DNA of 64,000 nt from a virus (lineage: Duplodnaviria; Heunggongvirae; Uroviricota; Caudoviricetes): the IMG/VR virus record IMGVR_UViG_3300045988_147489, positions 20,848-84,847 of that record. One strand, written 5' to 3'. Position numbers and translations under genes: made by a program. Below are positions 10,557 to 23,100 of the stretch, piece by piece. The notes below the pieces were generated by a model that was not told the origin of the DNA, did no database searches, and worked only from the letters and a program-made list of their open reading frames with translations. Each line of letters opens with the position of its first letter. Positions within the stretch are counted from its first letter, which is position 1.

Positions 10557-11155
10557 TTCATGTTCAGCTCGGCGGTGCGATGGCAAAGAACTTTGGCCGC
10601 CACTGGAAATTGAAGGTGCGCAACACCAAACAAGCCATCGATTTGATTGAGGCGAATCGCCCGGGCTTTAAAGCCTGGATTAAGCGTAACCGTAACCACT
10701 TCGATAAGTACCACATCCAGGTCACAAATAAGCAGGGCCACAAGTGGTCAATGGACGACACCGAATACCAGATGATGGGCGAGTCGGAAAATATCGTAAA
10801 AATCCGCATTACTCCCGTACCACGTGGCAGCGGTGGTAAGGCGTTTGGGTGGTTCCAGACTTTCGTGGGCGCCGCGATGATCGCTGTCGGCGCTCTGGCC
10901 TCTGGGCTGACTTTTGGTGCGTCTTCCGCGCTGGTGATGGGAGGGATGTCATTGATGATGGGCGGTGTGTCCATGCTGATTTCGCCGCAGGCATCAAATG
11001 CGTCTGTCAGACAGGCGGATAACACGGATTCGTTTTACTTCGATGGGCCTCAAAACACCAGCAACCAGGGAAACCCGGTTCAGCTTAATTACGGCGAGGA
11101 AATTTTAGTTGGCTCACAGATTGTGAGTTCTTCAATCACCATAGACCAACTGTAA
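10544..11155 (+). CDS. tail assembly protein (lambda gpI-like)
   Basis: GTG start after GGGAGA; Gly/Ala-rich hydrophobic middle and C-terminal pattern like gpI; synteny. Confidence 0.7.
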   Translation: MSELVHVQLGGAMAKNFGRHWKLKVRNTKQAIDLIEANRPGFKAWIKRNRNHFDKYHIQVTNKQGHKWSMDDTEYQMMGESENIVKIRITPVPRGSGGKAFGWFQTFVGAAMIAVGALASGLTFGASSALVMGGMSLMMGGVSMLISPQASNASVRQADNTDSFYFDGPQNTSNQGNPVQLNYGEEILVGSQIVSSSITIDQL

Positions 11156-11171
11156 GGGAAGTTTTTTGAAC

Positions 11172-14100
11172 ATGGATCAGTTCAAGAAAAAGAGATTGCC
11201 CCTCCTGATTGCGGGAGCGGGCGGCAAAAAGAGCTCAGGCTCAAGCCGTACACCAGTTGAAGCGGATGATACCGTTAATTCGCGGGCCATGGCGTCTATC
11301 CTCGATCTGCTCGGGGAAGGTGTTGTTGGTGGGCTTATTAACGGTGCTAAATCTATCTTCATCGATGGCGTGGCGCTGGAGAACGAAGACGGATCATTCA
11401 ACTATTCCGGTGTAACCTGGGATTTCCGGGATGGTTCACAAGACCAAAGCCCGATGCCTGGTTTCGATTTTGTCGAAACGCCAAAGGCCGTTAACACACA
11501 GCTGAAAACCACAAACGCGGTTACGGTCGCCATCGATAACGACGACGCTGATCGTGTCCGAGTGATCATGAAGTTCCCGTCGCTGCGTAGCATTGACAAG
11601 AAAACAGGGGACACAAACGGTACTTCTGTCCAGTTTAAGTTCCAGCTGGCCAATGGCAATGGCTCTTTCTATGACGTGATTGCTACAGGTGAGAGCAGCT
11701 CTGACGTGAAGCTGACTGCGAAAAAGACTGGTGTCTACTACCGCAGTTACGAAATCCAACTTCCAAAGCCTGGGCGCGCCTATAAAGTGCGCGTGCTTCG
11801 TCTCTCCGCCGACAGCAACGATCAGTATCTCTTTAACGATACCTGGGTCGACTCTATCGGTGAGATCGTTGACACCCCAATGAACTACCCGAACTCCGTT
11901 CTGGTTGGCCTTAAGGTTAACTCTGAGCAGTTTGGTAGCTCTATGCCGTCACGTTCGTATCTTATCCGTGGCCTCAAAATCCGTGTGCCTTCGAATTATG
12001 ATGAAAATACGAACACTTATAACGGCGTTTGGGATGGAACCTTTAAGCTTCTGTCGTCTTCCAACCCTGCCTGGATTCTGTTCGATCTGCTGACCAATGC
12101 TCGTTATGGCCTCGGCAAATTTGTTTCGGAGTCAATGATTGACCTTGGTCAGCTTTATCAGATCGGTCGCTACTGCGACGAAGAGGTTGATGATGGCTTT
12201 GGCGGCAAAGAAAAACGCTTTGCAATCAACACCCAGATCACCAGTCGTCAGGACGCTTATCGTCTGATTCAGGATATTGCCGGCGCTTTCCGTGGCATGG
12301 TTTTCTGGGCTGGTGGCATGGTGAATATCATGCAGGACAGCCCGTCTGACCCTGTCATGCTGTTTACCAACGCAAACGTAAAAGATGGCCTGTTTACCTA
12401 TAAAGGCTCAGCTCGAAAAGACCGGCCGTCCGTAGCGTTGATCACTTATAACAACAAACAAGACGGCTATAAGCAGAACGTTGAGTATGTTGAAGATCAG
12501 GAAGCGATGGCCCGATACGGGGAGCGCAAGACCGAGGCCGTTGCGTTCGGATGCACCAGCCGAGGTCAGGCTCATCGTGTAGGTTTGTGGCTGCTCTATA
12601 CCGCGCGTATGGAGTCAGACATGATCACCTTTACCGCGGGCCTGGACGCCTCGTTCCTGATGCCGGGCGAAACCGTTCTGATCCAGAACAAATATCGTGC
12701 CGGCAAACGCAATTCCGGTCGCATTGTCTCTTTCACCAAAAACAGCATCACCCTCGATGCACCTGTCTCTCTGAAAAAGAGCGGTAGCTTCATCCGTATC
12801 ATCAATCAGGAAGGCAAAATCGTTGAGCGAGACATCAACGAGACCGGCGACAACATCACTAAAGTTACCTTCAAGACGGCGTTGGCCACAGCCGAACAAC
12901 CAGTAGCGAATGGCGTCTGGACGATCACCGAACCAGACCTTGTTCCAATGCGGGCGCGCGTTGTCGCTATCGCGCAAGGTGAAACCCCGGGGTCGTTTGA
13001 TATCACGGTGGTGCAGAACAATGCATCTAAGTACCAGGCGATTGATAACGGGGCCGCGCTCGTTCCAGAAAATACGACGGTTCTTGATCCCACATATTCC
13101 AAACCGAGCAATCTGGTCATCTCAGAAGGCACCTATCTGTCCAGTCCGGGCAACTTGTCCGTGAAGCTGATGCTTGCCTGGGAAGGTAAATCACCAGAAT
13201 ACTGGGTCAGCTGGCGCCGCTCCGACGAGGGCAACGTCTCCAACTGGCAATCTGCCCGCGCCACGGAAGAACAATATGAAATCGTCAATGTTGCCGAAAA
13301 TGGGCGATATGACTTCCAGCTGTATTCCGTTTCCTTCGGCGGCAAAAAATCCGAGATCATTACTGCTGTCTATCAGGTAAAAGGCACGATGACGCCGCCA
13401 GGGGCGCCCACATCACTCACCGCGGTGGGGGATTATCGTAACGTGGTATTGAATTGGGTTAACCCTGATTCAGTCGACCTCGCGCAGATCAACGTGTATG
13501 CGTCCAAAACAAATAAGCTGGACACCGCAACACTCATTGCTCAGGCTGCAACAACGACTTTCACTCACGCTGGCCTGGGTGACAACGAGACCTGGTATTA
13601 CTGGATTCGTGCGGTAAACAAACGTGGGATGGTAGGCCAGCCGAACTCGAACCTCGGTACAGAGGCCACCACTCGCGACGTATTGTCTTTCCTGAAAGAT
13701 AAGATCACATCTTCTGAACTCGGCAAGGAGCTGCTCGACGAAATCGACAGCAAAGCCACTCAGGAGGCGGTAGACAACGCCATTGGAGAGGTTCAGAACT
13801 CAGTCAACGAGTCTATCCAGCAAGTTGAAAACGATCTGGCGCAAACCTCCTCCGAAATTAAGGCGCAGGTTGACTCTGTCAATCAGTCGCTGAAAGAGGA
13901 TATAAAGACCGTCAATCAGACGATTGTTGACAACATCGATGCCGTCAACCAGACGATCAATACCAACATCTCCAACGTAAACAGCCAAATTGAAGCTGCA
14001 AAACAGTCTATTAAAGACGGCGACGCGGCTCTGTCGCAGGAGATTAAGAATGCGCAGTCATCACTGACAACGTCGCTGTCCCAGACCAGCAAAGATCTGA

Positions 14101-17100
14101 CTGCGGCCATTCAGAAAGAGACGAATGACCGTATTGCAGATGTTAATGACGCAGCCAAGCAAGCGGCCGACCAACTGCTGAGCGCGAAGAATGAGCTGAA
14201 AACCTCTATCGATAGCTTGTCTGAGGTTGTGACCTCCGGTGACGAAAACCTCGCGCGACAGATCTCGCAGATTGCCGCTGGCACAGGGGAACAGTTTGAC
14301 TCTCTGAAAATCTGGTATTTCGACCAGGACGCTGAAGGCTGGACGGAAGATGATAATGGCTACACGCCAATGAGCGTCACCAGCGATGGCTGGCTGAAAG
14401 CGAACAATCCGACCTCAACCTGTCGTTCCCCTAACGGCTTGACGATCGATGCCCATGCTTATCGTTTCATTAAGATGCGCATTAAAAAGGTTGGCAACCC
14501 AACCTGGAACGCCAAAATGTTCTGGATCGGCGCTGATGAAACCGGCTGGAATGCTGGTCGCTCCGTGGTTATCAATGAACCGGAATACGATGACAAGGGT
14601 ATTGCGATTCTGACCCTGCACGACCTTGAGTGGCGAGATTCGACAACGATTCGTCGTTTCCGCTTCGATTTCACTTCAGGTCAGGATACGGACAATTACC
14701 TGTTATTCGACTGGATTGCTGTCGGTCGACCGACGCCGGGCGCAGGCATGGCCGCGTTACAGGAAGAGCAGCAGGCTCGTGCGAATGCAGATACCGCCGA
14801 AGCGCAGGCGCGCAGCACATTGGCTGCACAAATCCGCGGTTCATCTGAAAGCGGAAATCTGGACGACATTCGTTCTGGCCTGATCTATCAGGAGAAAAAT
14901 GCTCGTATCACCGCCGATGCTGCGGAAGCGAGTGCGCGTGAATCCCTGCAGACTGAATTCAACAGAAACAAAGCCTCTGTTGCAGAAGAGCTGCATACGC
15001 TGTCCACTGAACAAGCTTCCCAGGCAAGCAAGATTACCGGGTTGCAAACAAGCCTTGGCCAGAAGGCCGATGCCAGTGCAGTACAGACAATTTCCCAGAA
15101 GGTTGAAGAGCAGGGCAACACCCTTAAATCACAAGGTGCGGCATTGTCTACGCTGGATAATCGCGTAGGAAGTGTTGAGTCTGGTGTATCTGCGAATAGC
15201 AAGGCGATCACGGGTCTGCAGTCGACCGTAACCCAGCAGGATAAAACCCTTAGCAGCCAGAGTGAAAGCATCACCACCCTGAATAACTCGCTGAGCGATA
15301 TCCAGAGCGATACCGATACTGCCAAAAGCAACCCGAGTAATTTGCTGGTTAACGCCTCCTTTGAGCGTGACCTGGCAGGGTGGTCTGCAGGGAACAGCGT
15401 ATCCAATGTTATCAAAGCGAGCGCGCCCCATTCTGGTAGCAAAATTCTTGTTTGCGCCGCTGGCACGGTGCAAATCACGCAATCTGTAAGCGTCGTCGAA
15501 GGGCGGACATACAAGCTGTCCTCTTTTGTGCGGTGCACCACTGATGCGGTGATCAGCAGCCCTGGCAACAACAAACTGCGTATTGGCGCGGCTACGTTGC
15601 TCAAAGAGATTCCGATCCGTCCGGAGAATCTGCCCAAAGATGAAACATGGAAGGAGGTCTCTGATACCTGGAAGGCGACGCTGACCGGTAAAGTTGACGT
15701 ATCGATCATGTCTTCTCTCAAAACCGGTTCTCAGTACTTCGATGATGTTGGTTTTGTTGACGTCACTGATGCTCTGGCGATTGAGGCGAACGCCAGTGCC
15801 ACCAATGCTTTGACCTCTCGGGTATCGTCTGTTGAGGGCACCATCACAAGTCAGGGGCAACAGATCACTTCGATGCAGAACAGTATCAAGAACAAAGCTG
15901 ACGCCTCAGCTGTGACTAATCTGGCAAACCGCGTAACTGCTGCCGAAAATCAGATCTCCAGCCAGTCCCAGAGCATCACCAGCCTGTCAAATTCGCTGGA
16001 TAACGCCAATGCTGATGCGGATGCCTCGAAAGCGATCATCGGCAACATGCTCAAAAACAACTCTTTTGAACGTGGTTTCGAAGGTTGGGAGTATGTTGGT
16101 TGGACTCTGCTGGAGGCCCAAAACCCCAAATCGGGGAAATACATCATCCAGGCGGGCAAACTGGCCTCTGGCGGTGACTCGGGCTGCAACCAAACGATCG
16201 AGCTGCAGGCTGGCAAGACTTATCGTATCGGCGCATGGGTTCGCAAATCCGCTGACTTCGCGATTAATAATGCCGGCAACAACAAAATTAGCCTTCGAAA
16301 CGCAGATCTTACGCCAATAAAGGATATCCCGATCACTGGCGCCGGGCTGTCGACGAACTGGGCGCTTATTAGCGGCGAGTATACGCCAGCCAAAACCGCG
16401 AGCGTGGTTGTGTCTCTGCGCGCAAGTGTCGCTTCAGGCTATATGTATCTCGATGACGTCTTCTGCGTTGACGTGAGCAATGAGAAAGCGATTGATGCGA
16501 CGTCCAATGCGTTATCAACCCTCAACAGCACCGTGACCCAGCAGGGAAAAGACATTACGTCTAACTCCAACAGCATCACTTCGCTGTCAAACCAGATGGT
16601 TAACGGCCGCCAGAACATGTGGGTGCGTAGCGTATACAACGTACAACTGGCGAACAATACCACTGAGCCGACCTTTAGCGATATCAACGGTAAGGCGCCA
16701 ATCTCGATCGATGAGGTTCCTGACGCGGCAAAACTGGACTTTGCGAGCGCCGGCAGTTACGTGATCGCGCATTACAAAGCCTTCGTGAAAGTCAATGCTG
16801 ATACCACCATCACTATGGCACCAGGGTCTCGTGTTTTTGATGATACGGGCGCCGTGTACGTGAACGGTGTTAGGGTTGCCTTTGGTAATGCGAGCTGGAA
16901 TACGGTTAGCTTTGATCTGAAAGCTGGCTGGAGCACGGTTGAGTTCTTGGTGAACCAATGGACTGGTCAGGCTTACATTAACCTCGGCTTTAAACTGTCC
17001 GAGAAGGTAGCCCAGCTGAATTCTGCTCTTGGGATGAACGCGCTTTCGAATGCCATTAGCGCCGTCACCTCAAACGTCAGCACCGTAGGTGATCGCGTCA

Positions 17101-20100
17101 CGAGCACCTCGCAGAGCGTTACTGATCTGCGAAACAGCCTCGAACAGACCAACGCTAATCTGGCGAATAAGGCAGATGCACAGGCGCTGTCTACGCTGCA
17201 AAATACGGTCTCCAAGCAGGGGGATACGATTTCCAGCCAGGGTAACAGCATCACGAACCTGAATAACACCCTGACCGCTGCCAGAAACTCCGGTGACAAC
17301 CTGATCCCGAACTACGATTTCCTGCAGGGTGCAACTGCGTGGGATATCCAGTATCCGGCGGGCGTCGCTTTCGGCAACTTCGGTGATGGTAAGGCTGGGG
17401 TTAAACTGAACCGGACGACCACTACCAGCCCAGGCATCTTCTCCAACAACAACAAGCCGCTGCCGCTTAATGGTCAGCGCAAATATCGTGTTGTGGTTAA
17501 AGCCAAGGGCGTGTCCGGGGCGATGAACATGTTGATCCGGCGCCAGAACAAAATCGGCCAGACCGACAGCAATTATGAAGATAAAAACGTCACACTCACC
17601 AGTGAGTGGCAGACCATTACCTGGGAAACTGGGCTTACTGCCTCTAACGCTGATGGTCAGAACTTTAAGCTTTATGCGCACCCGGCTAATGCCGAAATCT
17701 GGGTTGATACCTTTAAGGTCTTTGATATCACGGATGAGGTGAAGATCAAGGCTAATAGCGATGCGCTGTCTACGTTGTCGAGCACGGTGACACAGCAGGG
17801 TGACAAGATCACCAGCCAGGGCAACAGCATCACTAAGTTGACCAATGACCTCGAGGCCGCTGACGCAAACATCGCGAAAAAGGCCGATCAGTCGGCAGTC
17901 ACTACGCTGACAGGTCGGGTAGAGAAGACGGAGTCCGGTCTGACGGCGGCGAACAGCAACATTACGTCGCTTAGCAGCTCTCTGAGCCAGCAATCCAAAC
18001 GCGGCGCTAATCTGCTTCCTGATGGCACTTTTGAAAGCTACGCGGTTGGCCATAATCTATCAAATAATCGCGTTATCGTTACCACTGATGACTCTCACGG
18101 TGGAAATAAGTGCATCCGTGTGACGCGTCCGAACGACTACAACGCCAACGCAACAGATAACAGCGATAACCATATTTTTAGCGGATTTCAGGTTCGCGAT
18201 AACGCAGTGTTCTACATGGAGTGCTGGGTTAAGCTGGATGCCAATAGCACAGCCATGGCCGAGAACACGCAGATCTCTATCGGTTTGTCGCTCCAGTATC
18301 AGGATAACTCGTGGCAGTGGCCGGCAGTAACTAAAGCTGCGAAAGATCTGTCTACAGCTCAATGGACGAAGGTTTCTGGTTACCTGAAATCAACGAAGAG
18401 CGGTATTAAGCAGGCAATGGTGAGGATTTCTATTCCTAACGTTAGCAGCGTTAAGGCGGGAAACTCATTCCTTATTGATGACCTGGTCATTACCGAAGTA
18501 ACTGATGCCTACAATGCGCAAAGTACAGCAGATGCTAACGCCAATGCGATTTCGACACTGGACTCGACCGTTTCCCAACAGGGCGACCAGATCACCAGTC
18601 AGGGTAACAGCATCACCAAACTGACAAATGACCTGGCAACGACCAATAACAACGTCAGTAAAAAAGCGGATCAGAGCGCTTTAAGCGTGTTGTCCGGGCG
18701 CGTCGATCAAACAGAATCGGGCTTATCCTCTGCGAATAGCAGTATCACTGCGCTTAATTCATCTGTACGCGCAGGGAATGCGACAAGTGGCGATTTGATT
18801 AGCAACCCGACATTTGACCCAGAGTTTAGTCAGATGGGCTTCACTGTGGTTCCCAGCTCGTCTGAGGGCGTGCCAGCCAATTGCCCATACGCTTATGTTG
18901 CACGCATTGCGGCTCGCGACCATCACCCAAATTTTGCTGCTATTCCGGCGACATTGGGGGATGTCTATGAAATGTCTGCTCTCGTCGCGTGTGGCACTGG
19001 CTCCGCTGATTTCAACCTGTATCTCGGAACCGCAACACGGCCAAGCGGCAGCGTGGGCGCGCCTCTGTCATCTGGCGGCAACCGCAAGGCGTCGGCCACA
19101 TGGCAGCGAGTAACCTGGCGTTTCAAAATTACTCAGGGGATTGTCGATCGCGGCTTCTTCCGTCCATTCCTGCAAATCAACCAGTCCAGCCCGTTCGGCA
19201 CCGTCTGGTATGTGACCGACTGGCATCTGCGGAACGTAACCGACTCCTCCAAAGTTCAGGATTCTCTCGATGCTACGGCGAAAGCGGTTGATTCGCTGAC
19301 CTCTACGGTAAATCAGCAGGGGGAGAATATCTCCAGCATTGGTACACGTACTACCAATCTTGAGAATAATTTGAGAACAACAAATGCAAACGTTGCTCAA
19401 AAAGCGGACGCCAATGCTCTGACGGCACTGACCAACCGTGTTACCCAGACCGAAAAAGACATTAACTCAACGAGTTCTTCTGTCACGAATCTGAACAACA
19501 AGGTTGATGCAATTTCTGTCGGCGGTACAAACCTGATCAAGAACTCCGGCGATATGACCGGCTGGTCGAACGTTGTCAGCGATACGTATCGTGGTAACGC
19601 GGTAATTGGCGCAACTGTAAAAGCCGGCTCCGGTTACAGGGATTTGCGGGAAATCACGCTTGAGTCGCCGGTCGATGCAGGTGAGTACGTTTACAGCTTC
19701 TATGCGAAAGGCGGTGTTGCTGGCCAGATTATGACGGCGTTCTTCTACAATCCGAACACTACAACGTCTATCGAGACCAGCCAGGGTGCGAAGGGTAACA
19801 ACAGTGATGGCCGTGCGCAGTTCACGCTGACCACTTCATGGGCCCGCTATTGGGTTAAGTGGAAACAGACACCTACCACGAGTACCAAGCGCCTGATTCT
19901 GTGTCGTATCGAGAGCAATACCTCCAAAGACCAGACGGTGTACATCAACAGTCCGAAGTTTGAGGTAGGTAACGTTGTTTCCGACTGGAACGAGTCTCCG
20001 TCTGATAGTGCCAGTGCGTCGGCTGTGGACTCGCTGACAACGAAAGTGAATCAGCAGGGCACTTCCATTAGCTCTATCGGAAATCGCACCACATCGTTGG

Positions 20101-23100
20101 AAAACGGGTTATCGACAGCTCAAAACAACATTGCCAAGAAGGCTGATGCTTCTGCATTGCAGGATCTCCGGAACACGGTGACATCTCAGGGTGATGATTT
20201 AACCGCGGCGAACAGCAGCATTACCAGCCTGCATGCCTCGATGAACCGTCGCACTGTGTTTACTGTCACTGCACGGGGTAATGGCAACAGCGTTACCCAT
20301 GGGGTGTTTGATGAAAGCGGCAAGAATCTGTTTACCCCTGGTCGCAGCTGGGCGCTGGTCACTTTTGCAAAACACAGCGACGGATCAACGGTGATTGCGA
20401 CCTCCAAAACATACGATGTCTTTGGCAGCGCGAATAATGGCGCCACGATGTCGGCTGATATCGAGGCACTGGCCAGTGGGACTTACGTTTGCGTCCTGAC
20501 ATTCGATGAGCCAACTGGCAACCGAGGTAAGGTGTTGTCTGCCCTGGAATCTCTTGGTGGCACTTCCGAAGTCGTTAACTCTCTGCCGTATCGTGGCGCC
20601 TACATTCTCCTTGGCCGCAAAGGTATGAAGCCGGGCGATGGTCTGGAACTGCGTGCGCCAACCGGTGGCGACGGCACCGCCCACATTTCGACCTCAGTCG
20701 AGTTTGTGAACGGGGTAATGATGGGGCTGGGCGCCGCTGGTGGTGTGATGATGAAGGCTGATGCGAACGCATCTGCAATTACCACGCTCCAGAATACAGT
20801 GAAGACCCAAGGGGATAATATTGACTCCCTGAGCTCCTCGACAACAGCGCTGGAAAACAGCCTTGCGTCCAGTAACGCCAGCGTGGATGCAGCAAGCCAG
20901 ATCCCCGGTAACCTGATCGTAAACCCGTCTTTTGAGCGTGGTACGGAGGGCTACACTGGTTGGAGCGGTATTGCCACGGTGGCAACGCTGCAGGTTCCAC
21001 ATCTTGGCACCAAAGCCGCCAAACTAGCGGCGGGTGGTTCTGCAGGCGTGGGCCAGAAGATCTCCTTCAAAAAGGATCGGTCGTACAAAATTGGTATTTG
21101 GGCAAAGCAGGACCCTAATACCACCATTCAGTCGACCGACAACACAAAATTCCGTGTGGCTGACGGTACTGGCCTGATTGCAAGTAAGGTTTATGGTCCG
21201 TTCACCTCGAACTGGCAGGAGGTGTCATGGACATGGAAGGCGACAAAGGATGTCCTTGCTGACGTTCAGTTCACTGCTTTCTTGTCAGCCGGCGCGATGT
21301 ACTTTGATGATTTTTACGTCGTCGATGTGACCGACTCAGTTGAAACTCAGGCGAACTCGAGTGCGATCACGAAGCTCGATAGTCGTGTGACCAAGACAGA
21401 GAATGACATCACCAGCCAGGGCAGCCAGGTTACGCAACTTAAGAATGACCTTGCTACCACAAACACAAATGTTTCGAAGAAAGCGGATGCAGCTGCGTTA
21501 ACGGCATTAACGAACCGCGTCACGCAGAATGAGAAAGAAATTGGAACCCAGAGCAGCCAGACAACTTCGCTCAAAAACTCTTTGAGCACTGTTCAGGCAA
21601 TGGGAAGCAACCCGTGGTTTGATGGTTCTCTGGAGACGTACTCCGAAAACCAGCAGATCAGCGGCTCGCGCGCGGTCGTCGTCAGCTCTCAGAAACGAAG
21701 CGGAACGAAGTCGTTGCGTGTTTCCCGCGGCGCCGGTGAGGGCGGAAACAGCGATAAAACCATCGGTAAGTGGATTGCTCTGCGTGAAAATGCGGTATTC
21801 CGCATTGAACTCTGGGCGATGATGCCGGCAGATCAGTCGCCATCATCCGGGTGGTCAACGCTCGTTGGTTTGCAGACCCAAAACGCTGCCAACAACAATA
21901 ACTGGCCGACGGCAATCACTATCAATGAAGCCGCATTGGGTGCAAGAGGCGCATGGAAGAAATTCACCGGTACGCTCCGTGTAGCCGCTGGCCACACTCG
22001 CGGCGCATTTTGGGTATCTACCCGCGGCACAACTGGCACTGGTACACCGGGGTATGATCTGTATATCGATGACGTTGTTGTCACCGATATCACCGACGCA
22101 AAAGAGGCTCAAGATTCGGCTAATTCGAACGCATCCGCGCTCACCAGCCTTACCTCACGTGTTACCAATGTAGAAGGGCAGGTGACATCCCAGGCGTCTC
22201 AGCTGTCCTCTTTGACGTCCCAGGTGAATGATGCGTCTTCGAAGGTTGATCAGATGGCGCAAACCATCACCAACAACGAGAAAACGCAGTCGTCGCTGAA
22301 TACCAGCTTGCAGTCGCAAATTGATGCGCAGGCATCGGCAAACATCAAGAACCAGACGGAGTTGAATAACGCCACCACTTCGATGGCGGCAATTAAATCA
22401 ACTCAGCAGACTCAGGCCACAACGATTAGTGCACTGTCTCAGCAGCAAACGAATTTAACGGCCCAGGTAGGAGGCCAGTCAGCCGAGCTGCAGGAGCTGA
22501 AGAAAACGGTTGTTGAAAACGGCAACGTTAACAGCACCTGGATGGTCAAAATGGAAACCAACAGCAACGGTAAAAAGTATGCTGCTGGTATAGCTTTAGG
22601 TATCGATGGCAAAAATTTGCAGAGCCAGTTTCTGGTTCAGACTGATCGCTTCGGCTTAATCAACACCTCTAACGGGAATACGACTACACCTTTCGTTATC
22701 GAAAATGGCGTTGCGTATATTAATGCCGCTGTCATTAAAGATGGCTCGATCACCAATGCGAAAATTGGAGGCGAAATCCGTTCTGACAATTTCGTTAATG
22801 GTTCAAATGGCTGGAGAATTGGAAAAGACGGTAGTTCACAGTTCAACAATGCGATATTCAGAGGTCATATTGAAGCGCGCAGTGGTACGTTCAAAGGAAC
22901 CCTGGAAGCTCAAAACTTTATTGGTGATATCGCTGTAGCTCGGCGTTATGCGGGTTTATCGTTCCGTCGTAACAACACCGTACAGCGTGATGGTCGTTAC
23001 CAGAACCGCGGATACGGTATGACTATTGTGCTAAGTTGCACCCTGATATATCAGGTTACTGGGGGGAATGAGGATCGTAACGGTTATATTGTTGAAATGA

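Noticed and set aside
14888-18053. Long minus-strand ORFs (e.g. 14888-15721, 15129-15860, 17070-18053) inside the J gene
   Set aside because: They lie entirely antisense to a continuous 4050-aa ORF with coherent repeat structure, and their translations are low-complexity; treated as shadow ORFs.
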